DNA of 32,000 nt, from the NCBI RefSeq assembly GCF_000025685.1, contig NC_013967.1, positions 2,220,001 to 2,252,000 on the forward strand, given 5' to 3'. This stretch comes from Haloferax volcanii DS2 (GTDB lineage: Archaea; Halobacteriota; Halobacteria; Halobacteriales; Haloferacaceae). A model generated the notes under the pieces. That model was given only the letters and a program-made list of their open reading frames with translations. It was not told where the DNA came from and searched no databases. Made by a program: the position numbers and the translations under genes. Below, piece after piece: positions 17,432-25,007 of this stretch. The first letter of the stretch is position 1. Every line of letters begins with the position of its first letter.

Positions 17432-17560
17432 CGCTTCGACGGCGGGCGCGGGCGAACTAAACGGTTTGTGTTGCCTCCGCCCCCGAGCGACGTGGTGGCA
17501 CTCGTCTCCGCCGAGCACCGATTCGAGCGATTCAAGTAGTCACCGAGGTTTTTACCCCGT

Positions 17561-17938
17561 ATGAAGGACCAAGGACGCTCCAAGCGGAAGCGGACCGGCG
17601 GTCGGCGCAAGCCGTCCCGAAACAAGAAGCGATACCAGCTGGGCCGCGAACCCGCCGCCACGACGGTCGGCGAGCCCCGGTTCCAGATTATCGACTCCCG
17701 CGGCAACAACGAGAAGCTCCGCGCGCTCTCGACGAACGTCGCGCAGGTCGCAGACGGTGCCGACGTGACGCAGGCCGACATCGAAGGCGTCGTCGACAAC
17801 CCGTCGAACGTCAACTACGCCCGCCGGAACATCATCACGAAGGGCTCCATCATCGACACGAGCGCCGGTCGCGCCCGCGTCACCTCCCGCCCCGGTCAGG
17901 ACGGACAGGTCAACGCCGTCGTCGTCGACGACGAGTAA
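17561..17938 (+). CDS. rps8e: 30S ribosomal protein S8e, 125 aa
   Basis: MKDQGRSKRKRTGGRRKPSRNKKRYQLGREP N-terminus and overall length are characteristic of archaeal eS8. Confidence 0.93.
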   Translation: MKDQGRSKRKRTGGRRKPSRNKKRYQLGREPAATTVGEPRFQIIDSRGNNEKLRALSTNVAQVADGADVTQADIEGVVDNPSNVNYARRNIITKGSIIDTSAGRARVTSRPGQDGQVNAVVVDDE

Positions 17939-17964
17939 CTCTCTCTCCCCGCGTCGTCGTTTCG

Positions 17965-17999
17965 GCGCGGCTCGACTGTTTTACTCCCGCGAGCCGCGC
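17965..17999 (+). terminator. 10-bp-stem hairpin downstream of rps8e
   Basis: gcgcggctcg (17965-17974) pairs with cgagccgcgc (17990-17999). The 15-nt loop contains tttt. Begins 27 nt after the stop. Confidence 0.4.
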
Positions 18000-18107
18000 G
18001 GCCGTCGCTCGCGGGCGCGATTGGTCGAAGTCGCACACGGAACTGGACGGTCCCGAATCGAATCGTGCGACGAACCGACCGGCGGGCCGACGCGGCGGGT
18101 CGGCCGG

Positions 18108-19109
18108 TCAGGGCGTCGGCGCGGCCTTCTGGAGCGCCGTTTCGGCGATGTTGCCGCCGTAGTCGGCGCTCCGCGAGACGGAGTCGACGATGAGGCCGAG
18201 CAGTTGCGCGCGCGCCGGGTCGAGGTCACGGAGGAGTTCGTCGATGCCGCGGGCGCTGGCGTCGATGGCCTGGACGGCCTCGCGGGACTCGTTGGCGAGG
18301 CGGCTCGCCTCGTCGCTCTCCTCGGCGAACAGCGCGTCCATCCCGCCGTTGACGACGCTCTCGGTGTCCTTGAACAGCTCCTGAATCGCCTGGACGATTT
18401 CGCCGTCGACGGGCTCCTCGAAGTTCAACGAGAGGTGGGCGATTTTGGTCGCGTGGTCGCCGATGCGCTCCAGTTGCCGGGCGGCGGACTGGTAGTCGAA
18501 GCAGATTTCGCGGGGGAGGCCGAGCTCTTCTGCGGCCTTCGGGGTCCGGAGCGTCGCCCGGAAGATGCGGGAGACGACCATCCAGAGGCGGTCGACGTCG
18601 TCGTCGCGCTGGATGACGTCGCGGGCCATGTCGTCGTCCTGCTTGGCGATGGCCGCGATGGCGTCTTCGAGCATCGAAAGCGCGATGAGTCGCATCCGAG
18701 TGACCGCGTTGTGGATGGAAAGCTCGGAGGAGTCGAGCAGGTCGCGGATGACGACCCGGTCGCGCGTCTCTTCGAGCACTTCGAGCCCGACGAGACTCTG
18801 GGTCGCCTCGCGGATGGTCCGGCGCTGGTCGGTCGTGATGCGCGAACTCTCCAGCGCGATGATGTCGAACCCGCTCACGTACATCGTCATGACGGCGCGC
18901 GTGAGTTCGTCGCCTTCGAGGGTCGCGATGTCGAGGGTTCCCTCGGTGCGTTCCTCCTCGGAACGGGGCGTCAAGAACAGCGAGTCGCCCTCCGGATAGA
19001 ACTCGACTTCGCTCCCCGCCGAGACGCCGTTGTCCGTCGCCCAGTCTTTGGGAATCGAGACGGTGTAGGTGGAACCGCCCGTCACCTGCACCTTTCGGGT
19101 TTCGACCAT
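18108..19109 (-). CDS. Phosphate-uptake regulator: N-terminal AbrB/SpoVT-type DNA-binding domain fused to tandem PhoU repeats, 333 aa
   Basis: N-terminus RKVQVTGGSTYTVSIPKDWATDNGVSAGSEVEF is the swapped-hairpin AbrB/SpoVT pattern. It is followed by two PhoU-like helical repeats (DDDVDRLW...; ERIGDHATKIA). Divergent from pstS. Confidence 0.85.
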   Translation of the reverse strand: MVETRKVQVTGGSTYTVSIPKDWATDNGVSAGSEVEFYPEGDSLFLTPRSEEERTEGTLDIATLEGDELTRAVMTMYVSGFDIIALESSRITTDQRRTIREATQSLVGLEVLEETRDRVVIRDLLDSSELSIHNAVTRMRLIALSMLEDAIAAIAKQDDDMARDVIQRDDDVDRLWMVVSRIFRATLRTPKAAEELGLPREICFDYQSAARQLERIGDHATKIAHLSLNFEEPVDGEIVQAIQELFKDTESVVNGGMDALFAEESDEASRLANESREAVQAIDASARGIDELLRDLDPARAQLLGLIVDSVSRSADYGGNIAETALQKAAPTP

Positions 19110-19455
19110 GTCCGTGGGTGGTTCTCAATCCACAATAAAACTGTCTATGTCTATATATTGGAGTTCGTTTTTATGTGATGAGTGCGAACGAACGTGACTC
19201 GTGCCGATTCGAGCGCGAACTGCCGCTCACTCAGTAGTCATTTTGCGCCGCGTCCGTCGCCCCGAACGTCCCGGGTTTTCTGACACATCGGAGAAAGTTC
19301 GCGCACGAGACGGCCATGAATGGGGTAATCGGCTGTTTCTGTCGATTTCACTCTGTTATTGTCACACGTTAGCATCTACTGGGGACATACTGGAATGTAC
19401 TACTATATAGTCGTCATAGCAGGGTATTTACGGAAAAATCGGCTCCTCAAAATCG
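19110..19455. promoter_or_regulatory. AT-rich divergent control region of the regulator gene and the pst operon
   Basis: The only visibly low-GC stretch in the window. ttttattgtg (- strand of 19131-19140) is about 28 bp upstream of the regulator ATG 19109. ctatatag (19403-19410) and tattta (19425-19430) are about 50 and about 28 bp upstream of the pstS ATG 19456. Phased TACTGG repeats lie at 19377-19403. Confidence 0.6.
19377..19403 (+). repeat. Three helically phased direct repeats TACTGG / TACTGG / TACTAC (spacing 11 and 10 bp)
   Basis: tactgg 19377-19382, tactgg 19388-19393, tactac 19398-19403. The third abuts the palindromic ctatatag element. Confidence 0.6.
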
Positions 19456-20493
19456 ATGACGCGTAACTCGGACAGCGGTCTTTCGCGGCGTAAGTTCCTG
19501 ATTGCCTCGGGCGCGGCCGGTCTCGCTGGACTCGCCGGGTGTACGGAGAACAACACCGACGGCGGTGGCTCCGGCGGCGACTCTGAGGGTGAGGACTCGT
19601 CGGGTGACGGGAGCAACGAACTCTCCGGAACCATCGACATCGCCGGCTCCTCGACGGTGTTCCCGCTCGCGACCGCGATGGCCGAGCGCTTCCAGACCGA
19701 GCACTCCGAGGTCAACATCAACCTCCAGTCCACCGGCTCCGGTGGCGGCTTCGCGAACTACTTCTGTACGGGCCAGACCGACTTCAACAACGCCTCGCGT
19801 CCCATCAAGGGCGAAGAGCAAGACCAGTGTGAGAGCAACGACGTGACCCCCGTCGAACTCAAAGTCGCCACCGACGCGCTGACGGTCATCGTCAACAACG
19901 ACAACGACTTCCTCGGCGAGGGGCTCACCGTCGAACAGCTCCAAACCATCTTCTCGGCCGAGTCGACGCCGACGACGTGGTCGGACGTCAACTCCGAGTG
20001 GCCCGACGAGGAAATCGAGATTTACGGTCCCACCAACGCCTCCGGTACCTACGACTACTTCATCGAGGCCATCATCGGGGAGGAGGGCCCGGGCCACCGT
20101 CAGGACTACTCCGCGACCGAGCAGGACCGCACTATCATCCAGGGCGTCGAAGGCTCCGAATACGCGATTGGCTACCTCGGCTTCGCGTATTACAGCGAGA
20201 ACACCGACGCCGTGCAGGCCGTCCCCATCGAGAACGACGCCGGCGAGTTCGTCGAGCCGTCGCTCGACACGGCGCTGTCCGGCGAGTACAACCCCCTCTC
20301 CCGCCCGCTGTTTACCTACCCCGCCCGCGAGTCGCTCGCGGAAGAACACGTCGCGGAGTTCGCCCGCTACTGGATAGAGAACTCCACCAGCCGCGAAATC
20401 GTCGCCGACGAGGTCGGCTACGTCCCGCTGGACGAAGACGACCAACAGGAGATGCTCGACACCCTCAACGCGGCCATCGAGGAAGCCAACTAG
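19456..20493 (+). CDS. pstS: Phosphate ABC transporter substrate-binding lipoprotein, Tat-exported, 345 aa
   Basis: Twin-arginine signal SRRKFL plus lipobox LAGC (Cys29, signal region nt 19456-19542). Acidic Gly/Ser/Asp linker. The PstS core includes GSSTVFPL and TGSGGG motifs. Confidence 0.93.
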   Translation: MTRNSDSGLSRRKFLIASGAAGLAGLAGCTENNTDGGGSGGDSEGEDSSGDGSNELSGTIDIAGSSTVFPLATAMAERFQTEHSEVNINLQSTGSGGGFANYFCTGQTDFNNASRPIKGEEQDQCESNDVTPVELKVATDALTVIVNNDNDFLGEGLTVEQLQTIFSAESTPTTWSDVNSEWPDEEIEIYGPTNASGTYDYFIEAIIGEEGPGHRQDYSATEQDRTIIQGVEGSEYAIGYLGFAYYSENTDAVQAVPIENDAGEFVEPSLDTALSGEYNPLSRPLFTYPARESLAEEHVAEFARYWIENSTSREIVADEVGYVPLDEDDQQEMLDTLNAAIEEAN

Positions 20494-20556
20494 CCGCTTT
20501 CTCGACAGAATCAGCTAACGAAGCGCTTTTTCATACACCACGATTCAATCCAACCA

Positions 20557-21516
20557 ATGAGCACAGATGACCTCGAAACCGACCTCACGCGGAACACGGA
20601 GAACGCGCCGCGTGAGCTACTGACGCGGTCGTTCTTCTTCCTGTGCGCGGCGTTGTCCGTCGTGACGACCCTCAGTATCGTCGGGCTCCTCATCTCGGAG
20701 GCGGCCAAGTTCTTCACGCTGACAGCTCCGCTGATGGGAGTGGTGGGGGAGACGGCGTCTATCGTCGACTTCCTCACCGGAACCACCTGGCAGATACACA
20801 GCCAAGAGTTCGGCGTGCTGGCGCTCGTGTCGGCGACGCTGATGGTCACCATCGGGTCGGCCATCATCGCGCTCCCGCTCGGCGTCGCCACCGCCATCTA
20901 CCTCAGCGAGTACGCGAGCGCACAGGCGCGCTCGATTCTCAAGCCCGCGCTGGAAATCCTCGCCGGCGTCCCGACCGTCGTCTACGGCTTCTTCGCGCTT
21001 ATCTACATCACGCCAGCACTCGAAGTCGTCTTCCCCGGCATCGGGACGTTCAACATGCTCTCTGCGAGCATCGTCGTCGGCATCATGATTATCCCGATGG
21101 TCGCCTCGATCAGCGAGGACGCGATGTCCGCCGTCCCCGACGAACTCCGGCAGGCGGGCTACGGCATGGGCGCGACGAAGTTCGACGTGTCCACCGGCAT
21201 CGTCGTCCCCGCCGCGCTGTCCGGCATCTTCTCCTCGTTTATCCTCGCGCTCTCTCGCGCCATCGGCGAGACGATGGCCGTCACCGTCGCCGCGGGCGCG
21301 CAGGCGAAGTTCCTCAATCCGCTCAACCCCGCGTCGTACCTCGAAGGCGCGCTGCCGATGACCGCCGCCATGGTCCAACTTCTCACCGGTGACATCACGG
21401 GCGGCGGGCTGGCCTACCGCAGCCTGTTCGCCATCGGCCTCGTGCTGTTCGTCATCACGCTCGTCATGAACGTCATCAGCGACTACGTCTCGCGGCGCTA
21501 CCGGGAGGCATACTGA
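20557..21516 (+). CDS. pstC: Phosphate ABC transporter permease PstC, 319 aa
   Basis: Multi-TM permease with the EAA-type loop (SEDAMSAVPDELRQAGYGMGATKFD). Position in the pst operon. Confidence 0.9.
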   Translation: MSTDDLETDLTRNTENAPRELLTRSFFFLCAALSVVTTLSIVGLLISEAAKFFTLTAPLMGVVGETASIVDFLTGTTWQIHSQEFGVLALVSATLMVTIGSAIIALPLGVATAIYLSEYASAQARSILKPALEILAGVPTVVYGFFALIYITPALEVVFPGIGTFNMLSASIVVGIMIIPMVASISEDAMSAVPDELRQAGYGMGATKFDVSTGIVVPAALSGIFSSFILALSRAIGETMAVTVAAGAQAKFLNPLNPASYLEGALPMTAAMVQLLTGDITGGGLAYRSLFAIGLVLFVITLVMNVISDYVSRRYREAY

Positions 21517-21517
21517 G

Positions 21518-23146
21518 ATGGCGACCGACACCGATTCCGGCTACATCGACAGCTTCGGACAGGTCAGCCGAACCACCGGGACCGTCTTCCGGTATCTGCT
21601 GTTGGCCGCGACGATGTTCGGCATCGTCACGCTCGCGGTCCTCCTCGTCTACGTCGCCAACGACGCGATTCGCCCGCTCACCGCCGACCCCGGCTGGCAT
21701 CTCACCTTCTTCCTGACGCTCGTCGTCCCCGCCGCGGTCGTCGGCGGCTATCTCGCGCGCCGGAACGTGCCGGCGCTCAAACTCGGCGGCATGGTCGTCG
21801 GGATGCTCGCGGTGTTCCTGATGTTCAGCGGGGGCGTCGCCATCGTCTTCGTCGACATCGTTCCGCCGCTGACCGGCCTCTCGTACGTCGTCGCCCTCCT
21901 CGTCCCGGCGGCGCTCGTCGTCGTCCTGACGAAGTACGAACAGCGGATTTCCTTCACCCTCCGCGTCGCCGCGACCGGGGCCGCGTTCGTCCTCTCGCTC
22001 GTCGGCGTGCCGGGCTACTTCCACAGTATTCCCGAAATCGTCCGCCAACTTCCCGTGGTCCCCGCCGACTGGGTGATTCTGACGCTCGTCCTCGGCGGCG
22101 TGGCCGCGGTCGCCGTCGGCCAGTACGTCGCCCGCATCCGCGAGGACACCACCGCGGGCCTCGCCGCGGGCGCGTCCGCGCTCCTCTTGACCGGCCTCGC
22201 GGCCGTCGTCGGCCCGACGCTCGGCGTCGACGCCAACGCCGCCGCCGTCGTCACGTCGGTCGCGTTCGTTCCCACGCTGGCGTACGCCGGCGGCGCGGCG
22301 GTCACCCGCGAACGGGAGCGAATCGGCCTCCTGCTCGCGGCCGTCGTCGTCGTCGGCTCGCTCGTCGGCGCGGCCGCGGTCGACGTGTTCGGCTTCGCCG
22401 GCCCGCAGTCGTGGGTCGACTGGCAGTTCCTCACGAGCGCCCACAGCGGAACCGCCGAAAACGCCGGTCTCTACCCGGCCATCGGCGGCTCCATCCTGCT
22501 GATGGCGACGGTCGCCGCCCTCTCGTTCCCGCTCGGCGTCGGCGCGGCGGTGTACCTCGAAGAGTACGCCCCCGACAACGCCTTCACCCGATTCATCGAC
22601 GTGAACATCTCGAACCTCGCCGGCGTCCCCTCGGTCGTCTACGGCCTGCTCGGGCTCGGCGTGTTCGTCACCTACCTCGGCCAGCCGACGGGGACGGTCC
22701 TCATCGGCGGCGCGACGCTCGCGCTCCTCATCCTGCCCATCGTCATCATCTCCTCGCGCGAGGCGATTCGCGCGGTCCCCAGCGATATGCGGCAGGCGTC
22801 CTACGGCATGGGCGCGACGCGCTGGCAGACCGTGAAGAACGTCGTCCTCCCGGAGGCGTTCCCCGGCATCCTGACTGGGACCATCCTCGCGCTCGGCCGA
22901 GCCATCGGCGAGACCGCGCCGCTCATCATGATCGGCGCGCCGAACGTGCTTTTCAACCTGCCGACGGAGCTCACCTCGAAGGTGAGCGCGATGCCCCTGC
23001 AGGTGTACGCGTGGTCCAGCCTGTTCGCCAGCGAGGACTTCTACACGAAAGCCGTCCCGGCGGGCGTCGTGGTCCTCTTGGCGGTCCTCCTCGCCATGAA
23101 CTCCATCGCCATCGTCCTGCGCAACAAGTTCGAAAGTGAATCCTGA
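21518..23146 (+). CDS. pstA: Phosphate ABC transporter permease PstA with large N-proximal multi-TM insertion, 542 aa
   Basis: The ATG is 1 nt after the pstC stop (tactgagATG). The C-terminal about 250 aa is a canonical PstA core (SREAIRAVPSDMRQASYGMGATRWQ). Residues from about 60 to about 300 add extra hydrophobic segments. Confidence 0.9.
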   Translation: MATDTDSGYIDSFGQVSRTTGTVFRYLLLAATMFGIVTLAVLLVYVANDAIRPLTADPGWHLTFFLTLVVPAAVVGGYLARRNVPALKLGGMVVGMLAVFLMFSGGVAIVFVDIVPPLTGLSYVVALLVPAALVVVLTKYEQRISFTLRVAATGAAFVLSLVGVPGYFHSIPEIVRQLPVVPADWVILTLVLGGVAAVAVGQYVARIREDTTAGLAAGASALLLTGLAAVVGPTLGVDANAAAVVTSVAFVPTLAYAGGAAVTRERERIGLLLAAVVVVGSLVGAAAVDVFGFAGPQSWVDWQFLTSAHSGTAENAGLYPAIGGSILLMATVAALSFPLGVGAAVYLEEYAPDNAFTRFIDVNISNLAGVPSVVYGLLGLGVFVTYLGQPTGTVLIGGATLALLILPIVIISSREAIRAVPSDMRQASYGMGATRWQTVKNVVLPEAFPGILTGTILALGRAIGETAPLIMIGAPNVLFNLPTELTSKVSAMPLQVYAWSSLFASEDFYTKAVPAGVVVLLAVLLAMNSIAIVLRNKFESES

Positions 23147-23155
23147 ACATCACCA

Positions 23156-24046
23156 ATGAGCCAAAGAGACAAAGCACCCGAGGGAGAACAGCAAGCCATG
23201 AACGGAACAGAGGACCCGACGAACGACGAGATGCTCGTCGAAACCGACGTGAGCGACGGGCTCTCTGCGTCGGGGAACTCGGTGAGTCAAGGGGTCGAGA
23301 CGGTCATCAGCTCCGAGGACATCAACGTCTGGTACGGCGACGACCACGCGCTCACCGACATCACGATGGACATCCCCGAAAACAGCGTGACCGCCATGAT
23401 CGGACCCTCCGGCTGCGGGAAGTCCACGTTCCTCCGCTGTATCAACCGCATGAACGACCTCATCGACGTCGCCCGCGTCGAGGGCCGACTCACGCTCCGC
23501 GGGAAGAACGTCTACGACGACGACGTCGACCCCGTCGCCCTCCGCCGCCGCGTCGGCATGGTGTTCCAGAAGCCGAACCCGTTCCCCAAGAGCATCTACG
23601 AGAACGTCGTCTACGGCCTGAAGATTCAGGGCATCGACGCCGACTACGACGCGGTCGTCGAGGAGTCGCTCAAGCGCGCCGCCCTCTGGGACGAGGTGAA
23701 AGACCGCCTCCACGAGTCCGGACTCGACCTCTCCGGCGGCCAACAACAGCGCCTCTGTATCGCCCGCGCCATCGCGACCGACCCCGAGGTGCTGCTCATG
23801 GACGAGCCCGCGTCGGCGCTCGACCCCGTGGCGACCTCGCAAATCGAAGACCTCGTCGAGGAGCTCGCCGAGGACTACACGGTCGTCATCGTCACCCACA
23901 ACATGCAGCAGGCGGCGCGCATCTCCGACAAGACCGCCGTCTTCCTCACCGGCGGCGAACTCGTCGAGTTCGACGACACCCAGAAAATCTTCGAAAACCC
24001 CGAGAGCCAGCGCGTCGAAGACTACATCACCGGCAAGTTCGGATAA
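23156..24046 (+). CDS. pstB: Phosphate ABC transporter ATP-binding protein PstB, 296 aa
   Basis: Walker [10 protein letters not shown], signature LSGGQQQR, Walker [13 protein letters not shown]-loop VTHNMQQA. About 45-aa acidic N-terminal extension; Met15 is an alternative start. Confidence 0.95.
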   Translation: MSQRDKAPEGEQQAMNGTEDPTNDEMLVETDVSDGLSASGNSVSQGVETVISSEDINVWYGDDHALTDITMDIPENSVTAMIGPSGCGKSTFLRCINRMNDLIDVARVEGRLTLRGKNVYDDDVDPVALRRRVGMVFQKPNPFPKSIYENVVYGLKIQGIDADYDAVVEESLKRAALWDEVKDRLHESGLDLSGGQQQRLCIARAIATDPEVLLMDEPASALDPVATSQIEDLVEELAEDYTVVIVTHNMQQAARISDKTAVFLTGGELVEFDDTQKIFENPESQRVEDYITGKFG

Positions 24047-24235
24047 CTCCGTCGCCGGCGCTCACCGGCGCTCGCCCGACCCTCGGGTCGCTTCTGTGCG
24101 ACGTTCGATTCGTACCCGCGGAGCGACGGCCGCGTCCCGCCGTCGCGCATCCGACACGGTCGTTCGGGTGGTATCGGCGGCGCGGCCACCGAAACCATCA
24201 CAAGGAATTTCACTTCGCCTGTCGGAACGCTACGT

Positions 24236-24916
24236 ATGGCCAGAAACACGTACCAATCTCGCCTCAATCAGCTCGAAGAGGACGTGTTGTACCTCAGCGA
24301 ACTCGCCGCCGAACGGGTCCGGTACGCCCTCGACGCGCTCGAAGACAAAGACGAGCGGAAGGCACAGGAAGTCATCGAGGGCGACCACGAAATCAACCGC
24401 ATCTACCTCGACTTGGAACAGGACTGCATCGACCTGCTCGCGCTCCAACAGCCGGTCGCGGGCGACCTGCGGTTCATCGCGGCGTCGTTCAAAATCATCA
24501 CCGACCTCGAACGCATCGGGGACCTCGCGACCAACCTCGCGCAGTACGCCATCGACGCGGAAAACGACGTGTTCGCGGAAGTCGACATCCGCCGCATCGG
24601 CGACGCCGCCCTCGACATGGTCGACCAGGCGATGGACGCCTACGAGTCCGAGGACACCGACCTCTGTCGCTCCGTGGCGGAGCGCGACGATGACCTCGAC
24701 GCGATGTGCGACACCGCCTCCCAGAGCATCGTCCGCGACCTCATGAGCGGCGACGACTTCGAGGGCGACGGCGACCTCGACCCCGAGACCGCCCTCGTCG
24801 ACGTGCGCCGACTCCTGCTGACGGTGCGCGACCTCGAACGCATCGGCGACCACGCCGTCAACGTCGCGGCGCGGACGCTCTACATGATAGACAACGACGA
24901 CTCGCTGCTGTTCTGA
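24236..24916 (+). CDS. phoU: Phosphate transport system regulatory protein PhoU, 226 aa
   Basis: Two PhoU repeats (DLERIGDLATNLA and DLERIGDHAVNVA). aattt at 24206-24210 is about 28 bp upstream of the ATG, suggesting its own promoter after a 189-bp gap from pstB. Confidence 0.92.
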   Translation: MARNTYQSRLNQLEEDVLYLSELAAERVRYALDALEDKDERKAQEVIEGDHEINRIYLDLEQDCIDLLALQQPVAGDLRFIAASFKIITDLERIGDLATNLAQYAIDAENDVFAEVDIRRIGDAALDMVDQAMDAYESEDTDLCRSVAERDDDLDAMCDTASQSIVRDLMSGDDFEGDGDLDPETALVDVRRLLLTVRDLERIGDHAVNVAARTLYMIDNDDSLLF

Positions 24917-24931
24917 GCGGGCGTCTCGAAC

Positions 24932-24951
24932 CGACGCGTACCGACGCGTCG
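24932..24951 (+). terminator. 8-bp-stem, 4-nt-loop hairpin followed by pyrimidine-rich tract, downstream of phoU
   Basis: cgacgcgt (24932-24939), accg loop, acgcgtcg (24944-24951), then ctctcttcttcg. Begins 16 nt after the stop. Confidence 0.45.
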
Positions 24952-25007
24952 CTCTCTTCTTCGAACATTGCGAGAACAACACGACCGCAGAACGCCGGCC
25001 GCCGGGC

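Noticed and set aside
18075-18110. GC-rich inverted repeats (gaccggc...gccggtc) overlapping the stop of the AbrB-PhoU gene
   Set aside because: The pairing is imperfect and made purely of G/C, so it is expected by chance at this base composition. There is no adjacent U-tract.
19110-19455. AT-rich island considered as a scar of a mobile element or foreign DNA
   Set aside because: It sits exactly between two divergent start codons and contains TATA-like elements at the correct spacing for both. It has no terminal inverted repeats, target duplications or transposase/integrase ORF, so a promoter/operator region is the simpler explanation.
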